DNA from: Enoplolaimus lenunculus
Lineage: Eukaryota
Direction: 5' to 3'
Assembly (NCBI GenBank): GCA_030248215.1
Contig: JASANG010002574.1
Coordinates: 372,001-436,000, forward strand
DNA: 64,000 bases
Made by a program: the position numbers and the translations under genes. Positions 63,593 through 64,000 of this stretch are shown one piece after another. The notes beneath the pieces were generated by a model. It made no database searches, was not told the DNA's origin, and saw nothing but the letters and a program-made list of their open reading frames with translations. Numbering within the stretch: the stretch's first letter is position 1; every line of letters begins with the position of its first letter.

Positions 63593-64000
63593 GTAAGTGT
63601 GTATTGAACCAAGTTTTGTGATCATCTATAGGTAAAATAATCTTTTATGCCTAGCGAGAGACGTCATTGTGGACAAGGCAATTGGCAAATTTGTCATTTA
63701 CAACACAACACCGCACCGTTGTATATAGCAAACATCGATTCTGGCAACATAAGCTTTGGCAGCGATTAATTACGTATCGCCATTTGCAATGAAGTATAAA
63801 CACTGGCCAGTCATGGCAATTATACTTGGATAGAATTTGCGCTATCGTAAACTTTCACCACAGACGCAGCCGCGATAACTGAGCACTTAGTTCTGTCCTT
63901 GAATGTTGTACAGAGATGTCCCGGGGCCACGGCTATACGGTACCATATTGAACGGTTCCATAAAAATGTCTCGAAGCACAATTATGCCAGAATCCAAACG

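Overview
AT-rich, intron-rich animal genomic DNA, not prokaryotic. A nematode origin is inferred from dispersed TTAGGC-bearing elements, TTTCAG-type acceptors and an hnRNP N-terminus resembling C. elegans HRP-1 as I recall it. Four protein-coding genes were reconstructed by hand from GT-AG junctions and reading frame. (1) An unidentified minus-strand gene encoding a Ser/Thr-rich low-complexity protein, with 13-14 kb introns, runs off the left edge (exons 31113-31368, 29711-29846, 15257-15571, 1919-2015). (2) A complete 4-exon ARF/ARL small GTPase lies at 45651-48973 (-). (3) A complete 10-exon hnRNP A/B-type protein (2 RRM, RGG, Q/G/Y tail) lies at 50435-59188 (+), divergent from the ARF gene. 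(4) A tandem hnRNP A/B paralog with the same RRM exon sizes starts at 61573 and runs off the right edge. The rest is a mosaic of non-autonomous DNA transposons, minisatellites and microsatellites. The most unusual structure is a ~4.3 kb array of a 25-bp unit that is the T-arm/B-box of an adjacent tRNA-Thr(GGT)-like head, bracketed by a 43-bp direct repeat (32316-36762). Also notable is a six-copy TTAA-flanked piggyBac-type MITE that carries a tRNA-like Pol III A/B box pair. Nearly all long ORFs in the supplied track are repeat artefacts. All coordinates and identities are hand-derived, and no database search was run.
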